Shown piece by piece: positions 20,640 to 29,745 of a DNA stretch of 49,679 nucleotides. This DNA is from Gammaproteobacteria bacterium. Lineage in GTDB: Bacteria > Pseudomonadota > Gammaproteobacteria > SZUA-229. The stretch spans positions 1-49,679 of the forward strand of contig JAVVEE010000006.1 of NCBI GenBank assembly GCA_032251315.1. Reading direction: 5' to 3'. The first letter of the stretch is position 1; the number at the start of each line of letters is the position of its first letter. Below the pieces are notes generated by a model that had not been told where the DNA came from, made no database searches, and worked only from the letters and a program-made list of their open reading frames with translations. The translations under genes were made by a program, and so were the position numbers.

Positions 20640-21508
20640 GCGTCCTCGTTGATAAATACACCAAAGTGATCTGTCAGGGCTTTACTGGCAAGCAGGGCAC
20701 CTTCCATTCCGAACAGGCGATTGCCTACGGCACGCAGATGGTGGGCGGCGTCACCCCCGGCAAGGGCGGGCAGACCCATCTGAATCTGCCGGTGTTCAAT
20801 ACCGTGCGCGAAGCGGTGGATGAAACCGGTGCCACCGCCTCGGTGATTTACGTACCTGCACCGTTCTGCAAGGACTCCATGCTCGAAGCCATCGACGCCG
20901 GCGTCGATCTCATCGTCTGCATCACCGAAGGCATTCCCACCCTGGACATGCTCCAGGTGAAAATGGTGGCGGACAGCGCCGGCACCGTCCTCATCGGCCC
21001 CAACTGCCCCGGCATCATCACCCCCGGCGAATGCAAAATCGGCATCATGCCCGGCTCGATTCACCTGCCCGGCAAGGTCGGCGTGGTGTCTCGCTCCGGC
21101 ACCCTCACCTATGAAGCGGTGAAGCAGACCACCGACCTCGGTTTCGGCCAGAGCACCTGCATCGGCATTGGCGGCGACCCCATTCCGGGCATGAGCTTTA
21201 TCGACGCGCTCCGGCTGTTCCAGCACGACGAGCAGACCGAAGCGATTCTGATGGTCGGTGAAATCGGCGGCACCGCCGAAGAAGAGGCCGCCGAGTTTAT
21301 CCAGCTGGAAGTCACCAAACCGGTCACCGCCTTCATCGCCGGCGGCACCGCGCCCAAAGGCAAACGCATGGGCCACGCCGGGGCGATTATCGCCGGCGGC
21401 ACCGGCACCGCCGAAGAGAAGTTCGCGGCACTGAAAGCGGCCGGAGTGCACATCGTGCGTTCACCGGCGGAGCTGGGTCAGGGCGTCAAGGATGCCACCG
21501 GCTGGTAG
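20636..21508 (+). CDS. sucD: Succinyl-CoA ligase alpha subunit
   Basis: [24 protein letters not shown]. Confidence 0.97.
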   Translation: MSVLVDKYTKVICQGFTGKQGTFHSEQAIAYGTQMVGGVTPGKGGQTHLNLPVFNTVREAVDETGATASVIYVPAPFCKDSMLEAIDAGVDLIVCITEGIPTLDMLQVKMVADSAGTVLIGPNCPGIITPGECKIGIMPGSIHLPGKVGVVSRSGTLTYEAVKQTTDLGFGQSTCIGIGGDPIPGMSFIDALRLFQHDEQTEAILMVGEIGGTAEEEAAEFIQLEVTKPVTAFIAGGTAPKGKRMGHAGAIIAGGTGTAEEKFAALKAAGVHIVRSPAELGQGVKDATGW

Positions 21509-21531
21509 AGTCGGAATCGCCAGCGGCTGGT

Positions 21532-22143
21532 TTATGCAGAGCGCTTTTTCAGCTGCCGATCGTGCAGCCTGCTCAGCGTAATCAAAGCGGCAACCGCGCC
21601 GAACAGCGCCCAGCCCATGTCGGCCTGGGTATCCCAGACATAACCCTGTGTTCCCAGAAAAGCCTCCGCCGCCTCCTCGCTCAGCAGTGCCACCCCCCAT
21701 TCAACCAGCTCGTAAAAAGCGCTGAACGCCAAGCAGAATGAAACAACAAAAAACGACTGCCAGAGCGCACCGTTGATAATATTTTTTCGCAGAATAATTT
21801 CGCGCGCAATCAGCGCCGGCACGAAGCCCTGCACAAAATGGCCGAGCTTGTCGTAATCGTTGCGGCTGGAACCGAAGATGTCCCTGATGCTATCGAACAG
21901 CGGCACTTCCGCATAAGTGTAGTGCCCGCCGACCATGAGAATAATGGCGTGAATCAAAATCAGAAAATAGACCAACGGCGTCAGCCGGAAAGCGTGGTAG
22001 GTGAACGCCAGCACAACGAATCCGATAATGGCCGGCGAGACCTCCAGAAACCAGGTGAGCTGATCCTTGGGATTGATACCCGACCAGATTAGAACAAATA
22101 AATAAATGCTGACCCAGAGATGTTTGATGATGGTTTTTCTCAA
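21532..22143 (-). CDS. DUF2238 (YjdF-like) membrane protein
   Basis: TWFLE, GGHYTYAEVP, RNDYDKLGHF, YELVEW, FLGTQGYVWDTQADM. Confidence 0.85.
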   Translation of the reverse strand: MRKTIIKHLWVSIYLFVLIWSGINPKDQLTWFLEVSPAIIGFVVLAFTYHAFRLTPLVYFLILIHAIILMVGGHYTYAEVPLFDSIRDIFGSSRNDYDKLGHFVQGFVPALIAREIILRKNIINGALWQSFFVVSFCLAFSAFYELVEWGVALLSEEAAEAFLGTQGYVWDTQADMGWALFGAVAALITLSRLHDRQLKKRSA

Positions 22144-22549
22144 GCTAAAAATGCCGGTGCTGAGCGCCGATGGGAATTAAGTATATTGTCGTAGCTTAAA
22201 CTTGATAAGGCTCAATGGCTATAAATTACGAGATGACCTGACGCTGTTTTAGAGGGTCATGCCTTCAGCTTCCATAAAACAGACCTTTGATATTTTTATT
22301 TTAACTGGTGATTTCGGCCAATAGCGGACGGTCAAAGGTTTTTACTCTGATCTCAAATTACTAATAGACCCGGATACTTATATCTCCTGAGTCACACTAT
22401 TGCTTGAGTAATTCAAGACGGCAAAATCTTCCTCAAGGAGGGCGGGATCAGGAGTAAAGGCTATCTTTCCGAGTGTAGCCAGTATTGCTGCTTCGTCGAA
22501 TCGCCTTGAAATATAGGAAAACTTAATCAATACTCGTTCTTTTTATCAT

Positions 22550-22981
22550 TTAGCTCTTCAGCTTACTTATTGTACTCATGAGAAAATCCCTGCTTTCTTT
22601 ATCTTGCAAAACATCTTCAAGCTCACGCATGCACTCACCAAAGCCTGTTTCATCTTCTATAACCTCAACTATGAGGTCACATACCTCGTTTGGTAAATTT
22701 TTTATCAGCGCATTCTTCAGATATCTATAAGCATATAATTCTTCATGATCCTCGTCCCAATCCTCACTGTCAAAGCTTTTATCTTCTAATTTCATCCAGA
22801 GTTCATTCGCCAATGCATTATGTGGTCCATGTGGTTCCTCAAAACTTTTCTTATTAAGCCGCTCCATCAGAAAATAATAAATACCTCGTTCTGCGTTTTC
22901 TGTCGTCAGATCTGGTTTTAATGTGGATTCAGCCATATCTAGGTAATCAATTACCTTTTTAATTGCTTCCTCAGATGCCAT
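22550..22981 (-). CDS. Acidic hypothetical protein
   Basis: AT-rich ORF starting 1 nt after the stop of the DUF697 gene. Confidence 0.65.
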   Translation of the reverse strand: MASEEAIKKVIDYLDMAESTLKPDLTTENAERGIYYFLMERLNKKSFEEPHGPHNALANELWMKLEDKSFDSEDWDEDHEELYAYRYLKNALIKNLPNEVCDLIVEVIEDETGFGECMRELEDVLQDKESRDFLMSTISKLKS

Positions 22982-22982
22982 T

Positions 22983-23534
22983 TTAGAAGGCGCGGAAATC
23001 GTCCTTTTTTTCTTTTACTTCGTCTTTGGCCTTCTTGGCTTGTTCTTTGCCTTCCGCACGAAATTCTTCCCACATTTTTTTCAGATCAGCATTGTCGATA
23101 GATTGGCCTTTGGATTTCTTTTCAAGGTAATAATCCATAATGCGGCCGATAGCATAGGTGAGTCCGTAAACTAATGGGATTGTGGTGAAGCCAGCAAGAC
23201 CTGGTAGCCCGACCTTGTACAATCCCAGCGCAATCTGCTGTGCAGCCATTCCCAATCCGACAATTCCAGCAATCTCCTTCAAGAGATCTGTGGCGTCCGC
23301 TTCAGAAAGCGGTATTCCCCTAATCGCACTGAGTCGCACGCCCATGTATGCTTGAATTGGTGTGAGCACAAAGATATCCGCAAACGGAATTGGTTGTACG
23401 GCGACCGCAGCACAGGCAACTGAAAAAATGTGAATAATCCGAGACCGCTTCTCATCATCGGAAAGGTCGGTCCGATTCTCGATGTCGGTGATTTCAATCT
23501 CAATCTTTTTCTTCACTGTTTTTATGACATTCAT
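22983..23534 (-). CDS. DUF697 (YcjF-like) domain protein
   Basis: AAVAVQPIPFADIFVLTPIQAYM...TYAIG signature. Confidence 0.75.
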   Translation of the reverse strand: MNVIKTVKKKIEIEITDIENRTDLSDDEKRSRIIHIFSVACAAVAVQPIPFADIFVLTPIQAYMGVRLSAIRGIPLSEADATDLLKEIAGIVGLGMAAQQIALGLYKVGLPGLAGFTTIPLVYGLTYAIGRIMDYYLEKKSKGQSIDNADLKKMWEEFRAEGKEQAKKAKDEVKEKKDDFRAF

Positions 23535-23606
23535 TACATCTTATCCTGACTTTTCACTGCGTATCGATTACATGTTATTTAAGAAAAATTTCAAGCACAT
23601 TTTATT

Positions 23607-24203
23607 CTATTCTAAGTTTTTACTATTACGAAATGCAGTAGGCCAAAATCTAGGATTTCGACTACGCTCAAGACATATATCGTCTTGGTAGCTACCAACC
23701 ATGTGGTAAAAAGAATTTGGAACCACTAAACATGATCCACAGTTAGGACATGTGATATCTTTTCGATTCTGAAATGATTGAAGTTTTTTGTCCGCGTCTC
23801 TGGTTAAATATAAGCGTATTTTCAGTGCGAAAATTTTATTCCTCATGTACTCAGCAATATCGGGATTGTCATGCAGGTCTTTTTCAAATTCTGGATCTGG
23901 TTCTGGTGTAATATCTCCTCCGTACGAGACCGATCTAGAGGTACAATTCAGTATAATTTTGTGTTTAGAGTTAGGGTGGCGGTTGAACAGTTCCTGTATT
24001 TTCATGAGCATTTTCCGTTCTTCATTGAATTGATGTGCTGTCGTAGCTCCTATCAATGCTATTTTGGTATCATCTGATACATTCGATAAATCCCCATAAT
24101 ATTCACAGCTAGAACAATCTACGGGGATTGTTTTGAAATTTAATATTCCTCTGCTTGGGTTTGCTATCGACATTGTTGCTTCCTCTTTTACCTCTAAATA
24201 CAT
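23607..24203 (-). CDS. Hypothetical protein with two CxxC motifs
   Basis: CSSC and CPNC; AT-rich ORF; GAGG before the internal ATG (MSIAN) suggests an alternative start. Confidence 0.6.
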   Translation of the reverse strand: MYLEVKEEATMSIANPSRGILNFKTIPVDCSSCEYYGDLSNVSDDTKIALIGATTAHQFNEERKMLMKIQELFNRHPNSKHKIILNCTSRSVSYGGDITPEPDPEFEKDLHDNPDIAEYMRNKIFALKIRLYLTRDADKKLQSFQNRKDITCPNCGSCLVVPNSFYHMVGSYQDDICLERSRNPRFWPTAFRNSKNLE

Positions 24204-24319
24204 ACTTTGGGAATAATTTTATTCTCGGAACACAGGCCCACTATGCTTGACAGCTTTGCTATTTTTAATCATAGAAGCAGCGCATCTTCTCTACCTTCTT
24301 GACGATTTCAAAAATATAC

Positions 24320-24949
24320 TCATTCAGAAAAGTAGTCATAGTTGGCAAGACCGGTCTCATTTTGTGTCATTTTTTCTAGTACCGTCATCAATCGTAAAGT
24401 CCCGTATGTTTCAAAAGTCACTTCAGATTTATTGGACTTGAATGTAGGAGTAGACTCAAAATCAAATATAGATGATTCATCAGCAAGTTCAGTAATAACC
24501 TCCCATGAAGAACCAAGTCCATTTCCATCAAAAGCACCTGGTAAAACACCTAAACAAGCCACATGTTTTGATAGTTTCTTAGAGATTTGAACGAGAATTT
24601 GCATCATTGCCATCGAATACCTTGTTCCATCAGAAAAAAAGTATAATTTTTCTTGGGGAATAGTTTTTATATAAGTCTCCAATAACTCTAAATGTTCATT
24701 AGTGATTATATCTACAGCCGATATATTAGCTGGAAAGTTTACGCCACCACCTAAATAAGACCCAATCGTGATTGAACGTCTAATTCGTACTTCTATATCT
24801 ATTGAAAGATTATCTAACGATGGAGGTGTTTTTTTATTTTCGTGCGAAAAAATACCAACTAAAGCAGGGTTCGTGATTTTTTTGAATGAACATTCACCAA
24901 TAGTATATTTTGCAAGGTAGTTCATCATTCTATTACTTGCCCTCCACAT
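24320..24949 (-). CDS. Hypothetical protein, possibly a degenerate FtsZ/tubulin GTPase-domain homolog
   Basis: AT-rich 209-aa ORF with segments that align by eye to the FtsZ N-terminal domain (see findings). Confidence 0.5.
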   Translation of the reverse strand: [209 protein letters not shown]

Positions 24950-25155
24950 ATTTTGTTTGCGAAAAAGATTGATCTATAGTCATATGATATTAATTCTTTT
25001 AAAACCATAGTATATAGGGGTTTTCAATCAGAAGCGGCAGTCAGCTGTTGAAATTCACTTCTAAAAGCCGATATTCAACGCCAGGCTCATGCATTAGCGT
25101 TAAGTACCATTCGGCTTTTACCCTTTTAAAGCTCTTTTTTTCAGTCGAAATTTCT

Positions 25156-25464
25156 TTAATATGTCGCGCAGTTCATTCCACCACCGTAAGTTCTGTAGCA
25201 GTTTGTATTTTTAGTTTTATATTGCTGTTGTTGCCTTTGTTGATTGTGTTGGTACATTTGCAGTTGTTGATCAGTCATAGCTGCGCGCCAGCCAGTCTCA
25301 TCTCCGTTACTATTTATACACATGATTTTATCTTCAGTGTACTGCCTTGCTCGAACACAGTTTGAATCACCGGCCATATAATATTTGCCATTATAAAAAT
25401 TTGGCATAGCGCTTGCGCAGCCCGCCAATATAATTACTAGAAACAACAGTGAGATATTTTTCAT
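25156..25464 (-). CDS. Small lipoprotein on an integron-cassette-like unit
   Basis: Lipobox LAGC, AAGGAG RBS, GTTAAGTAC upstream and GTACTTAAC downstream on the coding strand. Confidence 0.75.
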   Translation of the reverse strand: MKNISLLFLVIILAGCASAMPNFYNGKYYMAGDSNCVRARQYTEDKIMCINSNGDETGWRAAMTDQQLQMYQHNQQRQQQQYKTKNTNCYRTYGGGMNCATY

Positions 25465-25685
25465 ATTTACTCCTTATTTATGTACTTAACCATGTTTATG
25501 TTACTTATATCTAATGTTTAGGGTGATGGGCGAGACGTCCGGAGCGTCCTAGTTGACCCAATAGTGTACACCCAGCATGGGCATGAACTAACGAGGAAAG
25601 CTTCACAAACAATAAACAGACTTCCGAATATACCAAGCAACTTTTGATCCTGTATTACCTTCATAACATCCGACTTAATGTCCAT

Positions 25686-26069
25686 TTACTTTTTTATAAT
25701 AAAGATTTTAATATTAACTTTTTTAGAAATACGGTTAATACGTTTTAAATAGCGATTATCGTTTTCACCGACAATCAAAGCAACGCCTGCCTTTTTGTCG
25801 GTCATATCTGCATAAAACAACGATTGACCAATACTCTCAGCCCATTTTTTTGCCCAATCAACTTCAATTGCATATTCATCTGTCAAACAATCAACTCGAG
25901 TTCTATCTGGTAAGATAAACTCAGTAACACCATTCACCTTTTCACAAAACTGCACCTGGTAATATGCTTCATTTTTTTTAATCGGAATCTTATCTTCCAT
26001 TGATGAAGAAAGCACGACAGCTGTAGCAAGGCAAAATGACAGGAATAGTATTTTATATTTTTTTCTCAT
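25686..26069 (-). CDS. Secreted or membrane-anchored PD-(D/E)xK nuclease-fold protein
   Basis: N-terminal signal/TM segment; LPDRTRVDCLTDEYAIEVDWAKKWAESIGQSLFYA. Confidence 0.6.
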   Translation of the reverse strand: MRKKYKILFLSFCLATAVVLSSSMEDKIPIKKNEAYYQVQFCEKVNGVTEFILPDRTRVDCLTDEYAIEVDWAKKWAESIGQSLFYADMTDKKAGVALIVGENDNRYLKRINRISKKVNIKIFIIKK

Positions 26070-26126
26070 AACATCACTTGTGAATTCATGAATACTTCAA
26101 ACGCAGTTTTTACTTTATTATTGCGA

Positions 26127-26489
26127 TTAATCATCAATCGTTAATTTATTTTGTGATAAGGTTTTTAATTTTATCTGCTTTATTCTTTTATCCAAAGCAT
26201 CCTCTTTCTGTTGTTTTTGAAATTCTCGCATTCCATTTTCAACACCATCAACAAACTCTCTTTTTAGATCAGCGGCAGCCACTATTGCTTTTGGTGCATT
26301 GCTTACGACGGCTGATGTAGTCCTAAAAGCTAATCTGGTTAAAGAACCGCTCAGATTTAAAACACTTTTTATAACACCTGTTTTTGTTTCTTTGTAATTA
26401 ATCGCATCATCGATACAACTTTCTAAATCGCCAATAACGTCTTCAACGCCGTTTGTAACTTCACTCCAGTCATTACGGTTATTTTTCAT
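26127..26489 (-). CDS. Hypothetical helical protein
   Basis: GAGG RBS, 120-aa AT-rich ORF directly downstream of the IS1380 end. Confidence 0.6.
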   Translation of the reverse strand: MKNNRNDWSEVTNGVEDVIGDLESCIDDAINYKETKTGVIKSVLNLSGSLTRLAFRTTSAVVSNAPKAIVAAADLKREFVDGVENGMREFQKQQKEDALDKRIKQIKLKTLSQNKLTIDD

Positions 26490-26531
26490 TTTGCACCTCT
26501 TGTATATTTCTGTAATATCATTTCACTTTCT

Positions 26532-28193
26532 CCTGAATCCGTAACTTATCGTGAGCATTCGCTCTCCCCATATCATTTCAGAAAAACCCATCAAAGCCAA
26601 AGCATGTTTTGCACCTGATAAAAGTATTTTTAACCGGTATTCTTCAAAAATAATTGAAAATCATAACAGCTGACTGTTTTTGGCCGATACCTGCCCGTGT
26701 TGCCACTGTTACGCCGGCAAACGATGCGCAAGGAGGGTGTTTTGTTATCCGTAAGCCAGTTTTTTATAGACAGTACTGAAGGCACAAAGCGATCGGCAAC
26801 CTTTTCCAAATGACAGCTTTATCGAACGCGATGTTTTGATAATACGCGCAGCGACATACATCAGTTCCTGCATCACTGTTTTAATCCGTCGTCTTTTGGC
26901 TTTGTTTCGCTTTGGCGAGTCGGCACCCAGTAGGCCGTTTTGGCCAATCCAGCGCAGAATATTGTAGGCCAGCATGCTGGCACCCAATATCAGTGCATTG
27001 GTGGCGAACTTGCCCGAGGGTAGGCGCTCGATATCCATGTCTGTTTTGAATTCGCTGTGGAACTGCTCCGAGGTCCCGTGATCGGCGTAGAGTTTTATCA
27101 CCGCGTGTTCGTCGAGCGACAAACTGGTCCACCAGCCTTCCAGTTCAATCTCCGGCGTCAGCAACATCTGCCCATTCTTGTCGATGGTTCGTTCAATCAG
27201 GCGCATCACACGCCGTACTGTGTATTCATAGCCTTTCCATTGCCGCTGGTGCTCAATGCTGAACAGCGCTACACGCTTGCCGTCACGCGGCGCCACCCAG
27301 CAGCCGTGCTGCTCGGCATAGGCCAGCCAGTCGTCTTTGCTTTCCTTGCGGGGGTTCCACTTGATCAAAAAGTCGACCGGCACTCGGTCTGCGAAGGCCT
27401 GATTGTGTTCGAGGACAACGTCAATATTTTCAATCGAGTCATTGCCGCCATCAAGCCTGAGCAACAAGGGCTGATCGGTGATTTTACGGCTGTGACACAA
27501 GACCCGTTCTAACAGGGCCGGGGTGTCCTTCTGACAATGTTGTTTACCCTCGCGCAATTCCAGTTCCAGGCAATAGCCCTCTTGCCCCAGATAAGCCGGC
27601 ATCGGGGCGTAGCCATCACACCCTTTGTAGGTTCTTGATACCCCTTCTTTGCGACTGCCACTGTTATCCATGGGCGTGACATCCGCATCCAGCGGAATAT
27701 GTCCGGTTTCCAGGGGTTCAAGCGTGGGTTGAATATTGACCAGGAAATCCAGATTCGCCTTTTCGACGAGAGGTAAGAACGTCCTGGCATGGTTGTCCAT
27801 GCGCTGGCGCAGGGTCGCTTCGCAGGGGATAGTGTTGATATCCATGGCGCTCATTAAATAGAATTCACTTTCGATGGTGTTGATGGACTCAAAATCATTC
27901 TTGCCCAGGCACAGCATGGCGAGATAACTCTTCGCCACATCGGAATGCTTGATGCCGTGACGCAGTGGAATTTGCGTGTCGATCTCCTGCGTAAAATTTG
28001 TGTAACGTTTTACCGCTTGACCAACAAGGGCCAGGCCACCATGGCTGATGATATCAGCATCCGATCGTTCAATTTTAAAGCGCTTCATTATTCACTCACC
28101 AGGTGATTTATTTAGAGTAGATATTTTAGCAAAATAGGCTGTAAATTACGGTATTAAAGGCTTTTTTTGCAGGTTTTAAGTTACGGATTCAGG
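26532..28193 (-). mobile_element. IS1380-family insertion sequence, apparently intact (1662 bp)
   Basis: Perfect 17-bp terminal inverted repeats CCTGAATCCGTAACTTA (26532-26548) / TAAGTTACGGATTCAGG (28177-28193) around a single transposase. Confidence 0.9.
26745..28088 (-). CDS. IS1380-family DDE transposase
   Basis: SHGGLALVG, LDADVTPMDN, TYKGCDGYAP, RLDGGND, YADHGTSEQFHSEFKTD, LPSGKFATN. Confidence 0.92.
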   Translation of the reverse strand: MKRFKIERSDADIISHGGLALVGQAVKRYTNFTQEIDTQIPLRHGIKHSDVAKSYLAMLCLGKNDFESINTIESEFYLMSAMDINTIPCEATLRQRMDNHARTFLPLVEKANLDFLVNIQPTLEPLETGHIPLDADVTPMDNSGSRKEGVSRTYKGCDGYAPMPAYLGQEGYCLELELREGKQHCQKDTPALLERVLCHSRKITDQPLLLRLDGGNDSIENIDVVLEHNQAFADRVPVDFLIKWNPRKESKDDWLAYAEQHGCWVAPRDGKRVALFSIEHQRQWKGYEYTVRRVMRLIERTIDKNGQMLLTPEIELEGWWTSLSLDEHAVIKLYADHGTSEQFHSEFKTDMDIERLPSGKFATNALILGASMLAYNILRWIGQNGLLGADSPKRNKAKRRRIKTVMQELMYVAARIIKTSRSIKLSFGKGCRSLCAFSTVYKKLAYG

Positions 28194-28206
28194 AATAATA
28201 AATAAT

Positions 28207-28800
28207 TTATTTTTTTGTAATGATAGACATATTTAGCTTACCCTTTATATTCTGATATTCATTCATGTTAAGTAATCGCCCGCTACCTTCTGCTGAAGCA
28301 CCCTTTTCATCAACATATAGACTTGCCATTAATATTGTAATTCCCTTATTAGAAATAATAATATCTATATTGTGACCCGCATAATTAATAAGCCCCCTCT
28401 TCACTTTTTCTATTTTATTTTGGATAGGAGATAAATAAATATCAATTTCATCTTTCATACCAATTACTTTCCAAATTTCTACAACAAAGCCTTCATTACT
28501 AAAACCTATAGGAGTTGAAAACCATTCTCCAAGTGATTGACCAGCAGCCGCTAACAATTCTACGGATTCAAAGTTTTCTACATTCTTTGAGTTTTGGTTT
28601 TTTAAAGTTTCTAAGACAACTACATCAGCTTTTGTCGGTTTCTTGGGTGTTTTTACTCTAGCAAGTAAGTTATTCAGTTCATTTTGAAGTTCATTAGGAA
28701 TTTCTTTAGAAAGCTCGATTTTTACTTCTTTCTCTAGCTCTTGCATAATGTCTTCTTCATGCAATCGTATAATATCGCTTGTTATGTCATGCTTTTTCAT
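28207..28800 (-). CDS. Hypothetical protein translationally coupled to sigma factor (candidate anti-sigma/partner)
   Basis: ATGA overlap with the upstream sigma-like gene; helical N-terminus, ELLAAAG linker, beta-rich C-terminus, no TM segment. Confidence 0.6.
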   Translation of the reverse strand: MKKHDITSDIIRLHEEDIMQELEKEVKIELSKEIPNELQNELNNLLARVKTPKKPTKADVVVLETLKNQNSKNVENFESVELLAAAGQSLGEWFSTPIGFSNEGFVVEIWKVIGMKDEIDIYLSPIQNKIEKVKRGLINYAGHNIDIIISNKGITILMASLYVDEKGASAEGSGRLLNMNEYQNIKGKLNMSIITKK

Positions 28801-29468
28801 GAATTCACCTCGTTTTCTACCATTTGTTCCTGTAAAAACTGGATTTGTTCGTGAGGGTTAATTACTGTTATTCCATGAGGTTCAGTGCATTTTGATACTT
28901 TCTCAATAAGCCTATTCAATGCGTCTGTAGGATTACTTGTTTTATAACCAATGAATTGAGCTAAATCTTTGATAGATAAACCGGTATCATTTTGCCACCA
29001 AAATGCCGTAACAAAGAATTTTTGTCGTGCAGTATCTTTAATTCCATTGTAAACACAATCAAAACATAACTTAATCCACTTATATGCAACTGTGGCATCA
29101 ATAATACCGTCTGGTGTTAATGCATCTACATTTTGTTCAAAGTCGCCAACAATCTCATCCATAGATACGTTATGAATATTCTCATACTTATTATTAGATT
29201 TTAGCCTCTCAGCCTTTGTGAGATTCCTAATAACACCGAGACCTCTGAGTTTATCAATAAAACAATTATGTACCGTTCTATAGATATATGATTTACGACC
29301 AGTATGATCCTGTTTCTTAAAGAAGCCACTCTCAAATAATTTTATAAACGCCTCATGAGCAACATCTTCCTCAATATCCATATGATCATAAAATGATCGA
29401 TTCCTTATTGAACTAGCTGTTTTCTTTATTAATAAGAAATATTCTAGCATTTCCTTATCATCACTCAT
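28797..29468 (-). CDS. Divergent sigma-70/ECF-type RNA polymerase sigma factor
   Basis: Region 2-like EEDVAHEAFIKL...KSYIYRTVHNCFIDKLR and region 4 HTH-like GLSIKDLAQFIGY. Confidence 0.7.
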   Translation of the reverse strand: MSDDKEMLEYFLLIKKTASSIRNRSFYDHMDIEEDVAHEAFIKLFESGFFKKQDHTGRKSYIYRTVHNCFIDKLRGLGVIRNLTKAERLKSNNKYENIHNVSMDEIVGDFEQNVDALTPDGIIDATVAYKWIKLCFDCVYNGIKDTARQKFFVTAFWWQNDTGLSIKDLAQFIGYKTSNPTDALNRLIEKVSKCTEPHGITVINPHEQIQFLQEQMVENEVNS

Positions 29469-29745
29469 TCATAGATACCGCTCTAATATGCTGAATTATA
29501 TAGTTATTTTTGTAGTCGATAATATTTACTTAAATATTTGTTAATCCTATCGGATTTGACTCGTTTTACTTTTTAACGATGGCTCATTAACATCAATCAT
29601 AATTAACTTTTAGTTAGACTAAACAATGGTTTATATCACAAATTCTAGTGAAAAGTAGATAATCAATAAATGAATTCTGAGGATACAATACTTAATTACA
29701 TGTATTATCAGCCTTCGGCCTGGTTTTTTCTTTTTCAAATCTTTA

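Noticed and set aside
20225-21451. Long antisense ORFs (408 aa here; also 6783-7748, 40224-41153, 41246-42055 and others)
   Set aside because: Shadows of GC-rich conserved genes on the opposite strand; no motifs or RBS.
22378-22549. Short minus-strand reading frame (about 50 aa) after the acidic protein gene
   Set aside because: No in-frame ATG and no recognisable motif.
25038-26676. Perfect 12-bp inverted repeat CAGTCAGCTGTT (25038-25049) / AACAGCTGACTG (26665-26676)
   Set aside because: One arm lies inside the IS1380 element, so the pair cannot delimit a coherent unit; likely chance.
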